From NCBI GenBank assembly GCA_041576165.1, contig JBFGLM010000033.1, positions 1 to 53,289 of the forward strand: a DNA stretch of 53,289 nt, read 5' to 3'. The DNA comes from Acidimicrobiia bacterium (lineage in GTDB: Bacteria > Actinomycetota > Acidimicrobiia > Spongiisociales > Spongiisociaceae). This document shows positions 9,352 to 19,809 of the stretch, piece after piece. Both the position numbers and the translations under genes were made by a program. Numbering within the stretch: the first letter of the stretch is position 1; the number at the start of each line of letters is the position of its first letter. Under the pieces are notes generated by a model. That model did not search any database. It was given only the letters and a program-made list of their open reading frames with translations, and was not told the origin of the DNA.

Positions 9352-10845
9352 TCAGAGACCTGCGACGACCAGTTTGGAGGCTTCGCCGAAAAAGGCCGCG
9401 ATTTGGGGCAAGAATCCTGCGGCAATGACGAACAACGCTGCCAGTCCCATGGACAGGGCGAGCGATCCCGCCACTGGGGCCTCGCGGACTTCTTGGGGGG
9501 GCGCGGTGGCAGGGACCGGGTCCATCCACATCACCTTGGCTACGCGGGCGTAGTAGTACAAGGCGACGACCGCGTTGACGGCCGCAATCACTGCCAGCAC
9601 AGTGGTCCATGCATTGTCCGGCGACAGAATCGCCCGGAACATGACGAACTTCGCAAACCAGCCGGCCAGCGGCGGCACGCCGGCCAGGGAGAAGAAGAAC
9701 ACGGCCCCCAATGCCGCCAGCCCCGGCGCGTAACTGCCTAGCCCCGCCCAATCATCGATGTTCCCCGACCCGGTCTTGCGTGCGGCTGCGATGACCAAAC
9801 CGAACGCTCCGAGGTTCATGAACGCATATATGACGATGTACACCACCGTCGCAGCGAATGCATCGGCGAAGACCTCGGTGTCATTCACGGCGGCCGCGGC
9901 GAACGGCACCATGATGAACCCGGCTTGAGCGACGGACGAATAGGCCAGCAGCCGCACCACGTTGTCCTGCCGCAGCGCCGTCAGGTTGCCGAGCGTCATC
10001 GACAGCGCCGCCAGTATCCACAATGCGGGGCCCCAGATGTCGCTCACGACCGGGAAGGCCAGATAGCTGATCAGCAGCAGCCCGACGAAGCCGGCCGCCT
10101 TGGAGCTCACCGACAGATATGCCGTGACCGGCGTGGGCGCGCCCTCGTAGGTGTCAGGAGCCCAGAAGTGGAACGGCACCGCGGACACCTTGAATCCGAA
10201 GCCGACCATCGTGAAGAGGACGGCCAGCTGGAACGCCGGCTCATCGCCGACCGCAGAGGCTGCCTCGCGGATCCCTTCGAAGCGGATGGAACCGGTCAGA
10301 CCGTACAGGAACGACATGCCGTACAGCAGGATGGCCGTGGAGAGGACGCCGAGGATGAAGAACTTGAGCGACGCTTCGTTCGATTTCACATCGCCCTTGC
10401 GCCATCCGGCCAGGAGGAACAGCGGGCCGGTCACCATCTCGAGACCGATGAACAGGGTCAAGAGGTCCCGCGATGACGCCATGATCACCGACCCGAGGAT
10501 GGAGATCACGACCAGCAGGTAGTACTCGCCCTGGTAGTAACGGTCCGATTCGATGTAGCTGACCGACATCAACAGCACCAGATACCCGGCCGCAATGAAT
10601 AGTCCCTTGACCACGAGCGCAAACTCATCGACCACGTAGCCGCCGTCGAGCATCGTGCGCGAGCCGGCGCCGTCGGCGCCAAACGCCAGGGTGATCAGGG
10701 GAACTGCCGCCACCGCCAGCCCGAGCAGTGCCGCGATCGCGGTCCAGTACTTCTGGGACCGCGGGAGCGCCACATCAAGCGTGAGCACCGCAATGATCGT
10801 CACCGCCAGGGCGATCTCGGGCGCAAGCGCGTGGTAGTCGATCAT
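9352..10845 (-). CDS. nuoN: Complex I subunit N (11-subunit cluster)
   Basis: Antiporter-like; SNEASLKFF, FKVSAVPFHFWAPDTYEGAPTP, RLLAYSS. Confidence 0.93.
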   Translation of the reverse strand: MIDYHALAPEIALAVTIIAVLTLDVALPRSQKYWTAIAALLGLAVAAVPLITLAFGADGAGSRTMLDGGYVVDEFALVVKGLFIAAGYLVLLMSVSYIESDRYYQGEYYLLVVISILGSVIMASSRDLLTLFIGLEMVTGPLFLLAGWRKGDVKSNEASLKFFILGVLSTAILLYGMSFLYGLTGSIRFEGIREAASAVGDEPAFQLAVLFTMVGFGFKVSAVPFHFWAPDTYEGAPTPVTAYLSVSSKAAGFVGLLLISYLAFPVVSDIWGPALWILAALSMTLGNLTALRQDNVVRLLAYSSVAQAGFIMVPFAAAAVNDTEVFADAFAATVVYIVIYAFMNLGAFGLVIAAARKTGSGNIDDWAGLGSYAPGLAALGAVFFFSLAGVPPLAGWFAKFVMFRAILSPDNAWTTVLAVIAAVNAVVALYYYARVAKVMWMDPVPATAPPQEVREAPVAGSLALSMGLAALFVIAAGFLPQIAAFFGEASKLVVAGL

Positions 10846-10849
10846 CTAC

Positions 10850-12433
10850 TCAGCCCCCGAACGCCGTCTGGACGAGCGACACGACTGCGTCGGTGGTGGC
10901 GCCGAACACGACCTTGGGATAGATGCCGATGACGACGGTGGCGATGATCAGCGGAACCCAAGCGGCCAGCTCGAAGCCATCCACGTCATGGAAGTGGTGG
11001 CCCGTCCATTCTTCCTTGGGCTCACCGAGATTGACCCGCTGCAACATCCACAGCATGTAGCCCGCGGTCAGCACGGTGCCGACCGCCCCCACCACCATGA
11101 GCGTGCGGAACAGACCCAGGCTGAGACCGCTGAGCGGGCTGTACGCCCCGAGGAGCGACATGAACTCACCCCAGAATCCGGCCAGGCCCGGCAGGCCCAG
11201 CGAGGCCATGGCCGTGAACGCCAGGATGGCTCCCAGCACCGGCATGAGCTTCTGGTTGCCGCCCAGCCGGGCGATTTCCCGCGTGTGATACCGGTGATGC
11301 ATCGAACCCGCCAGGAAGAACAACAGGCCGGTGATGATGCCGTGCGCAACCATGCCGATGATCGCGGCGTTGATGCCCACGTCGGTCATGGTGGCGATCC
11401 CCAGCATCACAAAGCCCATGTGCCCGACCGATGAGAACGCGATCAGACGTTTGACATCGGTCTGGGCCAGGCACGCCAGTGACCCGTAGATGATTCCGAT
11501 TGCGGCGAGGATGCCGATGGCCGGCGCCCACTCGCGGGCCATGTCGGGCAAGATGGGAATCGAGATCCGGATGATGCCGTAGGAACCCAGCTTCAGCAGG
11601 ATGGCGGCCAGCAGCACCGAACCCACCGTCGGCGCGGCGGTGTGCGCGTCGGGCAGCCAGGTGTGGAGGGGCCACATGGGCACCTTCACCGCGAAGCCCA
11701 GGAACATCGCACCAAACACCCAGAAGGCGAACGTGCCGCTCCCGAACGTGCCCTGAGAACCCAGCTCGATCAATGCCGGAATGTCGAAGGTACGCGTGTC
11801 GAGGAAGTCGCCGGACCGGAAGTAGAGCGCCAGGAAGCCCAGCAGCATGAACGCCGACCCGAACAGGGTGAACACGAAGAACTTGATGGCCGCATAGAGG
11901 CGCGTCTCGACTTCGCGGTTGAACACCGCGAGCACCATCTTCGTCTTGTCGCCCCAGATCCCAATCATGAAATACATCGGCAACAGCACCAACTCGAAGA
12001 AGATGAAGAAAAGCACGAGGTCGAGGGCCACAAACGTCCCGTTCATCCCGGTGGCGAGGATCATCATCAACGCCAGGAACGCCTTGGGGTTGTGGGGCTC
12101 CTCCCAGTGGTTCCAGGAGTAGATCACCGAGAGGACCACCACGACAGTGGACAGCACCAGCAGCGGGAGGCTGATGCCGTCGATTCCGATGTGGTAGCGG
12201 GCGCCGATGGCCGGGATCCACTCCAGGTCGGTCCCGAACTGGAACATCTGAGATTGGCCATAATCGAAGCGGAAAGCGACGACGATCGACAGCACCGCAC
12301 TCAGCAGAGTGGTGATGAGCGCAGTCCACTTGAGGGCTTCTTCGCGGCCGCGGGGGATTGCAAAGATGAACAGTGCACCCACCAGCGGCAGGAACACAAC
12401 CAGGCTCACACCCCACCCGGTATCGAACCACAT
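10850..12433 (-). CDS. nuoM: Complex I subunit M (11-subunit cluster)
   Basis: GIDGIS, FFELVLLPMYF, VKVPMWPLHTWLPDAHTAAP, GLPGLAGFWGEF. Confidence 0.94.
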   Translation of the reverse strand: MWFDTGWGVSLVVFLPLVGALFIFAIPRGREEALKWTALITTLLSAVLSIVVAFRFDYGQSQMFQFGTDLEWIPAIGARYHIGIDGISLPLLVLSTVVVVLSVIYSWNHWEEPHNPKAFLALMMILATGMNGTFVALDLVLFFIFFELVLLPMYFMIGIWGDKTKMVLAVFNREVETRLYAAIKFFVFTLFGSAFMLLGFLALYFRSGDFLDTRTFDIPALIELGSQGTFGSGTFAFWVFGAMFLGFAVKVPMWPLHTWLPDAHTAAPTVGSVLLAAILLKLGSYGIIRISIPILPDMAREWAPAIGILAAIGIIYGSLACLAQTDVKRLIAFSSVGHMGFVMLGIATMTDVGINAAIIGMVAHGIITGLLFFLAGSMHHRYHTREIARLGGNQKLMPVLGAILAFTAMASLGLPGLAGFWGEFMSLLGAYSPLSGLSLGLFRTLMVVGAVGTVLTAGYMLWMLQRVNLGEPKEEWTGHHFHDVDGFELAAWVPLIIATVVIGIYPKVVFGATTDAVVSLVQTAFGG

Positions 12434-12448
12434 AGTTGTCTTCTCCCT

Positions 12449-14503
12449 CTACGTAAAGATCACAAATCCGGCGACCAGCAGTACGGCGCCGATCACGAAC
12501 GCACCGGCGTACTGCTGGACCTTGCCCGTCTGCAACAGCCGCAACGCGCCCCCGGCCTCGCCGGTAGAGCCGGCCAGCGCATTGAGGCCCGCATCGATGC
12601 CACGCTGGTCGAAGCCGTCATACACGATGCGAGCCAGCACCCCGGTCACGATTCCGAATGCATTGATGAACCCATCGATCACGAACTGGTTGATCCAATC
12701 GATGGCACGGGCGATCGGCCCTCGGATCGGGTCGACGATGCCGTCCACCGCGACGTGATCGATGTAGTACTTCTGGCGAAGCAGCGGGTAGAGGACCGGG
12801 ATCTCGAACTTGTCCCGCTCCCGCTGCGTTTCTGCATCGCGGGCGAAGATCCACCAACCGAGCCCGATGCCCAGCAGCGCGGCGAAGAGGCCGGAGCCGG
12901 CCAGAACCAGGTCGATGCTCTCCGGATGGTGGTCGCCCAGCGCCACGATCCGGGCACCGAGCCACTCGGTGAAATTCCCCAGCCGGCCAAAGGTGAGCCC
13001 GGGAATGTTGAGAAAGCCGGCGATAGCGCTCGGTACCGCCAGCACGACCAGCGGCACGTACATGATCTTGGGCGACTCATGCGGGTGGCCATGGCCCTTG
13101 TATGACCCGTGGAAGGTGAGCGCCACCGCCCGGGCCATGTAGAACGCAGTGACGAAAGCGCCGGCGATGGCAATCCACATGAAGGCCACATATCCCTCGA
13201 AGTTGAGCGTTACGAGGATCTCATCCTTCGACCAGAACCCGGCCAGCGGGATGATTCCGGCCAGCGATAGCGAGCCGATGACGAACGTCCAGTAGGTGTA
13301 GGGCATGTCCTTGCGGAGCCCGCCCATGTCGCTCATGTTGTTGGAGTGAACGGCGTGGATCACCGAGCCTGCGCCGAGGAACAAGAGCGCCTTGAAGAAC
13401 GCATGCGTGAACAGGTGGAACAACCCGGCCGTATAACCACCGGCCGCAACGGCCGTCATCATGTATCCGAGCTGGGAGACCGTCGAATAGGCCAGCACCC
13501 GCTTGATGTCGTCGGCCACGAGAGCCAGCAGGCCCATTGCGAAGAGCGTGATCACGCCGATCGGGACCATCCAGGCCCGTGCGTCGGTAGCGAGATTCTG
13601 GTAAAGCGGGAACGTCCGGGCCATGAGGTACACACCCGCCGTCACCATGGTGGCCGCGTGCATCAGCGACGAGACCGGAGTCGGGCCGGCCATCGCGTCG
13701 GGGAGCCATATGTGCAGCGGGAACTGGGCCGACTTGCCCATGGCGCCGAAGAACAGGAGCAATCCGACCGCAAAAGCGACTGCAGCCAGCGCCTCGGAGT
13801 GTTCCACCGCCGCCTCGTTGAGCGCGGAGAATCGGAAATCGCCCAGCGTGACGCCGATGATGACGGCGCCGATGATCAGACCTACATCTGCCACTTTGTT
13901 GGTCAGGAACGCCTTGTTGCCTGCTTCGACGTTCTCCTGTTCCTCCCAGTAGTGGCCGATCAGGAGGTAGCTCGCCAGGCCGACCCCTTCCCAACCGATG
14001 ATGAGCTGGATCAGGTTCGGGGCACCGACGAGCACCAGCATGGAACCGGCGAACAGGGTGAAGGCGGCAAAGAACCAGGTGAACCGAACGTCGCCTTCCA
14101 TGTAGCCGACCGCGTAGATGAACACCAGCAGACCGACGAACGACACCAGGAAATACATCATGATCGAGAGGCCGTCTACGACGAATCCAAGCTCGAAGAT
14201 GAGGTCGTGGCCGTGGGATATGCCGATGCGAGCGATCTCGACCGCCCGCTCGTGGAAGATGCCGTCGACCATGTTGGAGACGAACAGGACGGTCGACCAG
14301 ACGAGGTTGATGGCCAGCATGCCGATGGCGAACTCCGCCCCACCGTATTTGGTCCGCTTGCCGAAGAAGACGATGGCGAGAAAGGCGACGAACGGCAGCA
14401 CCAATATGATCCCGGCCCAGTCGGCGAAGAATCCCCCGCTGACCAGCTCGGCGTGCCCGCCCTCGCCCTCGGCGGTCGCCAGGATCGGCACCCAGCTCAC
14501 CAT
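12449..14503 (-). CDS. nuoL: Complex I subunit L (11-subunit cluster)
   Basis: [48 protein letters not shown]-terminal QTGKVQQY. Confidence 0.95.
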   Translation of the reverse strand: MVSWVPILATAEGEGGHAELVSGGFFADWAGIILVLPFVAFLAIVFFGKRTKYGGAEFAIGMLAINLVWSTVLFVSNMVDGIFHERAVEIARIGISHGHDLIFELGFVVDGLSIMMYFLVSFVGLLVFIYAVGYMEGDVRFTWFFAAFTLFAGSMLVLVGAPNLIQLIIGWEGVGLASYLLIGHYWEEQENVEAGNKAFLTNKVADVGLIIGAVIIGVTLGDFRFSALNEAAVEHSEALAAVAFAVGLLLFFGAMGKSAQFPLHIWLPDAMAGPTPVSSLMHAATMVTAGVYLMARTFPLYQNLATDARAWMVPIGVITLFAMGLLALVADDIKRVLAYSTVSQLGYMMTAVAAGGYTAGLFHLFTHAFFKALLFLGAGSVIHAVHSNNMSDMGGLRKDMPYTYWTFVIGSLSLAGIIPLAGFWSKDEILVTLNFEGYVAFMWIAIAGAFVTAFYMARAVALTFHGSYKGHGHPHESPKIMYVPLVVLAVPSAIAGFLNIPGLTFGRLGNFTEWLGARIVALGDHHPESIDLVLAGSGLFAALLGIGLGWWIFARDAETQRERDKFEIPVLYPLLRQKYYIDHVAVDGIVDPIRGPIARAIDWINQFVIDGFINAFGIVTGVLARIVYDGFDQRGIDAGLNALAGSTGEAGGALRLLQTGKVQQYAGAFVIGAVLLVAGFVIFT

Positions 14504-14802
14504 TTCATCACGTCCAGCTCGTCGACATTGCCCGATGTCCGGTTGCGGAAGATCATCAGGACGATCCCCAGCCCGATGCCAACCTCGGCCGCGGCCACCG
14601 TGATTACGAAGATCGAGAAGATCTGCCCGGTGGCAAAGGTCGTGCGCAGCGCGGCCTCGAACGCGATGAAGTTGATGTTGACTGCCGCCAGCATCAATTC
14701 GACCGAGAGCAGGACGGTAACTGCGTTGCGGCGGGCCAGCAGCCCGTACACACCCAAGGCGAACAGCAGGGCAGCGAGGATGAGAAACTGGTTGAGGATC
14801 AA
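14497..14802 (-). CDS. nuoK: Complex I subunit K (11-subunit cluster)
   Basis: SVELML, GQIF, VAAAEVGIGL; 3 TM helices. Confidence 0.93.
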   Translation of the reverse strand: MILNQFLILAALLFALGVYGLLARRNAVTVLLSVELMLAAVNINFIAFEAALRTTFATGQIFSIFVITVAAAEVGIGLGIVLMIFRNRTSGNVDELDVMKW

Positions 14803-15350
14803 ACTGAGCTCTCCTCTTCTTCCTCGGCCGGAGTGCGGTCCCTACGGGCCAGCGTCACGCCGCCGACCAGCGCGGCGAGGAGTATGAAGCCGACCGCTTC
14901 GAACGGGATCACGAAGCGTTCGATGATGCCCACCCCGATGATCTCGGTGGCGGTGGGAGAACCCACCTGCTCGATCGGCTGGTCGCCAAACGCTTCGACG
15001 GACAGCCAGGCGGTGAGGATGAACGTGGACACACCCCCGAGCACAGCCGGGATCCGGTTTTCGTGATCGAGGCTGGTCTCATATCCGATCGGCGCCCGGG
15101 TGATCATGATGCCGAAGAGGAACAGAACCACTACCGCGCCGATATACACCAGCACGAGCACCCACGCCACGAACTCCGCCGACAGCAGGATGAACAATGC
15201 GGCGGAGGCGGCCAGAGCCAGCACCAGAAAGAGCGTGGCGTGGACCACGTTGCGGGTGGTCACGACCCTGAATGCCGCGATCACCATCGGAACCGCGATT
15301 GCCAGGAAGGCCCAGTTGGCGGGGTCAGAGATCCAGTCCCCGAAGGTCAT
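14799..15350 (-). CDS. nuoJ: Complex I subunit J (11-subunit cluster)
   Basis: [23 protein letters not shown]; ATG overlaps the nuoI stop. Confidence 0.92.
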   Translation of the reverse strand: MTFGDWISDPANWAFLAIAVPMVIAAFRVVTTRNVVHATLFLVLALAASAALFILLSAEFVAWVLVLVYIGAVVVLFLFGIMITRAPIGYETSLDHENRIPAVLGGVSTFILTAWLSVEAFGDQPIEQVGSPTATEIIGVGIIERFVIPFEAVGFILLAALVGGVTLARRDRTPAEEEEESSV

Positions 15351-15841
15351 TGCTCGACCGCCGGGGCTTCCGGAACCGTCACCAGCCAATCCTGGAGACG
15401 GTCCATGTCATGCATCATGGCGCCCATGCTGTATTCGGAGTATTCGTACTCCGGGCTCCAGAACAATGCGTCGAAAGGACACACCTCCACGCAGATCCCG
15501 CAATACATGCACAGCGCATAGTCGATGTCGAAGCGGTCGAGCGTGGCACGCACCCGGACCCGTCCGCCCTCCTTGGCCGGGGGCTTTTCTTCTTTGTGCC
15601 CCTCGATGTAGATGCACCAGTCAGGGCAGGAACGGGCGCACAGCATGCAGACTGTGCAGTTCTCCTGGTCGAGGGCGATGACCCCGCGAGCGCGCGGCAC
15701 CGGCTGCTCTTTGACCTTGGGATAGTTGACCGTGGCCTGAAGGCCGTAGCGGCCACCAGTGAAGATGGACGCCCACGTCTTGAACATCGTGGTGAGCGTC
15801 ACCTTCATACCTTTGAGCAATCCAGATCCTGGTATCGGCAT
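15347..15841 (-). CDS. nuoI: Complex I subunit I (11-subunit cluster)
   Basis: Two CxxCxxCxxxCP motifs ([24 protein letters not shown]); ATG overlaps the nuoH stop. Confidence 0.93.
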   Translation of the reverse strand: MPIPGSGLLKGMKVTLTTMFKTWASIFTGGRYGLQATVNYPKVKEQPVPRARGVIALDQENCTVCMLCARSCPDWCIYIEGHKEEKPPAKEGGRVRVRATLDRFDIDYALCMYCGICVEVCPFDALFWSPEYEYSEYSMGAMMHDMDRLQDWLVTVPEAPAVEQ

Positions 15842-16833
15842 CAGAGCAGCACCTTGAGAATCCCGGTGACGATGATGTTGAGAATCGAGATCGGAATGAG
15901 CCATTTCCACGCGAGACTCTGCAATTGGTCTTCCCGGAAGCGGGGGAACGTCCACCGGAACCAGATCATCAGGAACACGAGGAAGAACGCCTTCGCCAGG
16001 ACGATGAGAAGACCGAGCAGCGGCACGTCGGTCGGCAGGCCCCAGAATCCGTATCCGCCGAGGAACAGGGTGACGGCAATCGCCGACATCGTGAACATGT
16101 TGGCGTACTCGGCCAGGAAGAAGAAGAGGAACCGGAACCCCGAATACTCGGTGACATAACCCATGACCAGCTCGGACTCGGCGATCGGCATGTCGAAGGG
16201 CAGACGCGTGAGCTCAGCCAGTGCGGCAATCATGAAGATCACGAAGCCCACTACTTGGGTGGCGATGAACGGCCACCCCTGGACGACCTGGGCGTCGACA
16301 ATGCCCTGCATGGACATGGTCCCGGCCTGAACCACGACGCCGACGGTGGCCAGAACGAGCGGCAGTTCGTAGGCGATCAGCTGTCCGGCGGCCCGCAGAC
16401 CTCCGATGAGGGAGTACTTGTTGGCCGACGACCAACCGGCCATCAGCACGCCGATGGTGCTGACCGAGGAGATGGCCAGAGCGTAGAAGACCCCGACATC
16501 TAAGTCGCGAATGATGCCGTTGTTGATCGAGCTGATCGGGATGATGACCAACAGCGCCATGGTGCCGAGCATCACCAGGGCGGGCGCCCATCTGAACACG
16601 GGCTGGTCGGCGTCGGTGGGGACGATGTCCTCTTTCTGGATGAACTTGACGCCGTCGGCGATCAGCTGGGCCCATCCCCAGCGGCCGCCCGCGAAGTACG
16701 GGCCCACCCGGCTCTGCATGTGGGCCGAGAGCTTCATCTCGGCGTAGCCGATGACCATGCCCAGCAGCGGGACCGCCGCCGCCACGATCCCGAGCTTGAT
16801 CCCCAGCTCCAACCAGAAGTTGATCGCGATCAC
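15841..16833 (-). CDS. nuoH: Complex I subunit H (11-subunit cluster)
   Basis: [48 protein letters not shown]. Confidence 0.95.
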   Translation of the reverse strand: MIAINFWLELGIKLGIVAAAVPLLGMVIGYAEMKLSAHMQSRVGPYFAGGRWGWAQLIADGVKFIQKEDIVPTDADQPVFRWAPALVMLGTMALLVIIPISSINNGIIRDLDVGVFYALAISSVSTIGVLMAGWSSANKYSLIGGLRAAGQLIAYELPLVLATVGVVVQAGTMSMQGIVDAQVVQGWPFIATQVVGFVIFMIAALAELTRLPFDMPIAESELVMGYVTEYSGFRFLFFFLAEYANMFTMSAIAVTLFLGGYGFWGLPTDVPLLGLLIVLAKAFFLVFLMIWFRWTFPRFREDQLQSLAWKWLIPISILNIIVTGILKVLL

Positions 16834-16961
16834 GCGACCCCTCCCCGGCCGCGCCCAGCAGCCGACGGACGGGCGGGCACGCCACGGCCATCGCCCGCGA
16901 GTTTGTCGCCGGTAGGCGAGAGATCTCGGTAAGTGAGGCCCGAAGGGCCGAACGGCATCAT
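16830..16961 (-). other. Palindromic spacer containing a 43-aa micro-ORF coupled to nuoD and nuoH
   Basis: ATG overlaps the nuoD TGA and its TGA overlaps the nuoH GTG; internal hairpins GGCCC-TTC-GGGCC and TCGCC-TACC-GGCGA. Confidence 0.45.
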
Positions 16962-18151
16962 CGATCGACGTCTCCCAGCACGAAATCGAGGCTGCCCATG
17001 ATGGCGATGATGTCCGGAACCAGCACCCCTTCCAGGATCCACGGCAGAATCGAGATGTTGGAGAACGAGGCCGAGCGGATCTTGAGGCGGTAGGGGCCCA
17101 GGCCGCCGAGGGATATCAGGTGATAGCCCATCTCACCCTTCGGATTCTCGGCCCGGACATAGGTCTCGCCCTCCGGGACCTTGATGATCCGGGGAACCTT
17201 GGCCTGCAACGGGCCTGACGGCATTCCATCGATCGCTTGCTGAATGATCCCGGCGGACTGACGAATCTCGACCAGCCGAACCCACCAGCGGTCCCACGAG
17301 TCGCCGGTCTCGCCGGACGGGATCTCAAAGTCGAACCGGTCGTACGGCAGATAATCCGACACTTTGCGGAGGTCGAATGGCGTCCGCGAGGCTCGGAGAT
17401 TCGGACCCGACACTCCGTACGCTGCGGCCACCTCGGGCGGCAGCACGCCGATACCTTTCGTTCGCCCGAGGAAAATCTCGTTGCCCGCGACCAGATCTTC
17501 CAGCTCGTCGCAGGTGCTCAACACCTTGTCCATGGCGGCGCGGGTCTCCGAAAAGAACCCGACCGGGATGTCTTGCGAGGTCTTTTTGGTGATCGGCCCG
17601 GCGGCATATGCCGGTTTCACCCCGCCGATCCGGTTGAAGTTGGGGTGGAAGCGCCCGCCAGTGACCGATTCCAGCAGGTCGAGCACCCGTTCCCGGTCTC
17701 GTAGTGCGAAGAACAGTGGGGTGGCGGCCCCGATCTCGAGCGGATAAGAGGCCATGAAGACCAAGTGGGAGGAGATCCGCGCCATCTCGGTGAGGACCAG
17801 TCGGATCCACAGCGCCCGTTCCGGCGTCTCGAGTTCCATGAGGCGTTCGGCCGCAGTGATGAACGGTATCTCGTTGGCGAACCCCGATACCCAGTCGATG
17901 CGATTGACGATGGTCGTGATCTGCGGGTAGGTGCGGACCTCGGCCAGCTTCTCGTAGCCTCGGTGCATGTAACCGATCACGGGCTTCACGTCGGTGGCCC
18001 GTTCCCCGTCGACCTGCGCGACCAAGCGCAGCACCCCGTGCGTAGAAGGGTGCTGGGGCCCGATGTTGAGCGTCATGTCGGGCGTCTCCAGCTCCACCGA
18101 AACGGCAACATCCGACAGATGTGTCAGCTGGTTGTGGTCGAGCGGGGTCAC
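16958..18151 (-). CDS. nuoD: Complex I subunit D (11-subunit cluster)
   Basis: NIGPQHPSTHGVL, GYMHRGYEK, ENPKGE, C-terminal DFVLGDVDR; no NiFe CxxC motifs; start placed at the GTG just after nuoC. Confidence 0.94.
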   Translation of the reverse strand: MTPLDHNQLTHLSDVAVSVELETPDMTLNIGPQHPSTHGVLRLVAQVDGERATDVKPVIGYMHRGYEKLAEVRTYPQITTIVNRIDWVSGFANEIPFITAAERLMELETPERALWIRLVLTEMARISSHLVFMASYPLEIGAATPLFFALRDRERVLDLLESVTGGRFHPNFNRIGGVKPAYAAGPITKKTSQDIPVGFFSETRAAMDKVLSTCDELEDLVAGNEIFLGRTKGIGVLPPEVAAAYGVSGPNLRASRTPFDLRKVSDYLPYDRFDFEIPSGETGDSWDRWWVRLVEIRQSAGIIQQAIDGMPSGPLQAKVPRIIKVPEGETYVRAENPKGEMGYHLISLGGLGPYRLKIRSASFSNISILPWILEGVLVPDIIAIMGSLDFVLGDVDR

Positions 18152-18152
18152 G

Positions 18153-18764
18153 TCACGCCTCCGGGTTTTCGGTTGTCGGCATGTCCTCGACGTCCACTTT
18201 GCCCGGCCATGGTTTGACCTCGCGGCTGAGGAGCGGATACGACTTCTGCAGCGGATGACCCTCGAATGCGTCGGGGAGGTAGAGCTTCTCGAGGTCGGGG
18301 TGCCCGGCGAACGCGATGCCGAACATCTCGGCGGCTTCTCGCTCGTGCCAGTTGGCACCGGCGTACACGCCGACCAACGACTCGATTGAAGGGTCGGCCT
18401 TGTCGACGTCGGTGGAGAACACGACCAGGTCCCCGGCTGTGAGATCGCCCACGGCGCACAACAGCTCGTACCGCTCTGCCACCGGCTCCTCGGGCGCATC
18501 GCCCACCGCGACATCGTTGGCCCAATCCACGGCGGACAGCCAGGAGAAGAACACGAGTCCGAGTTCGTCTCGGGCTTTGGTGAGCGCGTCAACCCAGCCG
18601 GCCCGCTCGACTTGGACTTTCACGGTGCCGTGGGCGGCGGATGCTTCGATCCCTCCGACCACGTCGAGCACCCGGCGGGAATAATCCGCCAGCGGGTTGT
18701 GTGCCTCGGCTTCGGCAGCCTCGGCGTCTGGGGATTCGCTCGTCTCAGACGGGCTCGTGGTCAC
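18153..18764 (-). CDS. nuoC: Complex I subunit C (11-subunit cluster)
   Basis: [34 protein letters not shown]. Confidence 0.92.
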   Translation of the reverse strand: MTTSPSETSESPDAEAAEAEAHNPLADYSRRVLDVVGGIEASAAHGTVKVQVERAGWVDALTKARDELGLVFFSWLSAVDWANDVAVGDAPEEPVAERYELLCAVGDLTAGDLVVFSTDVDKADPSIESLVGVYAGANWHEREAAEMFGIAFAGHPDLEKLYLPDAFEGHPLQKSYPLLSREVKPWPGKVDVEDMPTTENPEA

Positions 18765-19245
18765 GCTGCTTCCACTTTTCGCGAATGTCTTCGTTGGTGA
18801 TCTTCTGCTGCAGCAGAACGATTCCTTCCATCAATGCCTCCGGCCGCGGGGGGCACCCTGGCACGTAGACATCAACCGGAATGATCTGATCGACCCCCTT
18901 TGTAACGGAGTACGAGTCCCAGTAGGGGCCGCCGCAGTTCGAACACGAACCCATGGAGATGACGTACTTCGGCTCGGGCATCTGGTCGTACAAGCGCTTG
19001 ATGGCCGGAGCCATCTTGTCGGTGACCGTGCCGGCAACGATCATGAGGTCGGCCTGGCGAGGTGAAGCCGGCAGCGGAATGATGCCGAAACGCATGAAGT
19101 CGTAGCGCGGTCCCGACGCGGCCATCATCTCGATGGCACAGCAAGCCAGGCCGAATTGGAACATCCACAACGAGTACTTCCTGCTCCAGTTGAGGAGCCA
19201 GGAAACGGGCTTGATCCCGCCGAACTTCTCGACGACTACTCCCAT
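18745..19245 (-). CDS. nuoB: Complex I subunit B (11-subunit cluster)
   Basis: GLACCAIEM (N2 tandem Cys), [23 protein letters not shown]. Confidence 0.95.
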   Translation of the reverse strand: MGVVVEKFGGIKPVSWLLNWSRKYSLWMFQFGLACCAIEMMAASGPRYDFMRFGIIPLPASPRQADLMIVAGTVTDKMAPAIKRLYDQMPEPKYVISMGSCSNCGGPYWDSYSVTKGVDQIIPVDVYVPGCPPRPEALMEGIVLLQQKITNEDIREKWKQRDHEPV

Positions 19246-19601
19246 TGCAGCACTCCCTTGCGGATGGCGTAGAGCAAGCCCTCGAGGAGCGTGATGATGA
19301 AGATCACGATGGCCACCAGGCCGAAGGTGCCCAGACTCTCCGCCACGATCGCCCATGGGAATAGGAAGACTGCCTCGACGTCGAAAACGACAAACAAAAG
19401 ACCAAACACGTAGTAACGAACGAAGGTCTGATTCCAGCCCTGGCCGACCGGGTCGACGCCGCACTCGTAGGTGAGCAGTTTCTCCTTCGTGGGGTTGGAG
19501 GGTCGGACCAGGTAGGTGATACCGAGCGTGGCGGCCACCAAGGCGACACCAAAAGCGGCGAAAGCGGCGACGGTGATGTAGTCCTGGAAGTACACGCTCA
19601 C
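19236..19601 (-). CDS. nuoA: Complex I subunit A (11-subunit cluster)
   Basis: [19 protein letters not shown]; GTG start after GGAGG. Confidence 0.93.
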   Translation of the reverse strand: MSVYFQDYITVAAFAAFGVALVAATLGITYLVRPSNPTKEKLLTYECGVDPVGQGWNQTFVRYYVFGLLFVVFDVEAVFLFPWAIVAESLGTFGLVAIVIFIITLLEGLLYAIRKGVLQWE

Positions 19602-19809
19602 TCTGTCGGCTTCCTCCGGTTTGCTTCCGAAAAAACTCCGCCTACCCGCGGCGAAGCGCTCGGGAGTATAGAGACAAGGCACGCGCCCGCCTAAACAACC
19701 GATCAGGGGTTCATCCGGCCCCGGCTGCGGCCGGCTGCTGCCGCTGGCTACAGCCCGGCGGCGGGCCGATCCAAGCGTGCGAGCTGATGGACGGTACGCT
19801 CTCGGGCGC

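Noticed and set aside
16958-19245. 11-subunit cluster as a group 4 [NiFe]-hydrogenase
   Set aside because: The large subunit has no N- or C-terminal CxxC and ends GDVDR; the small subunit has the tandem CC of NuoB
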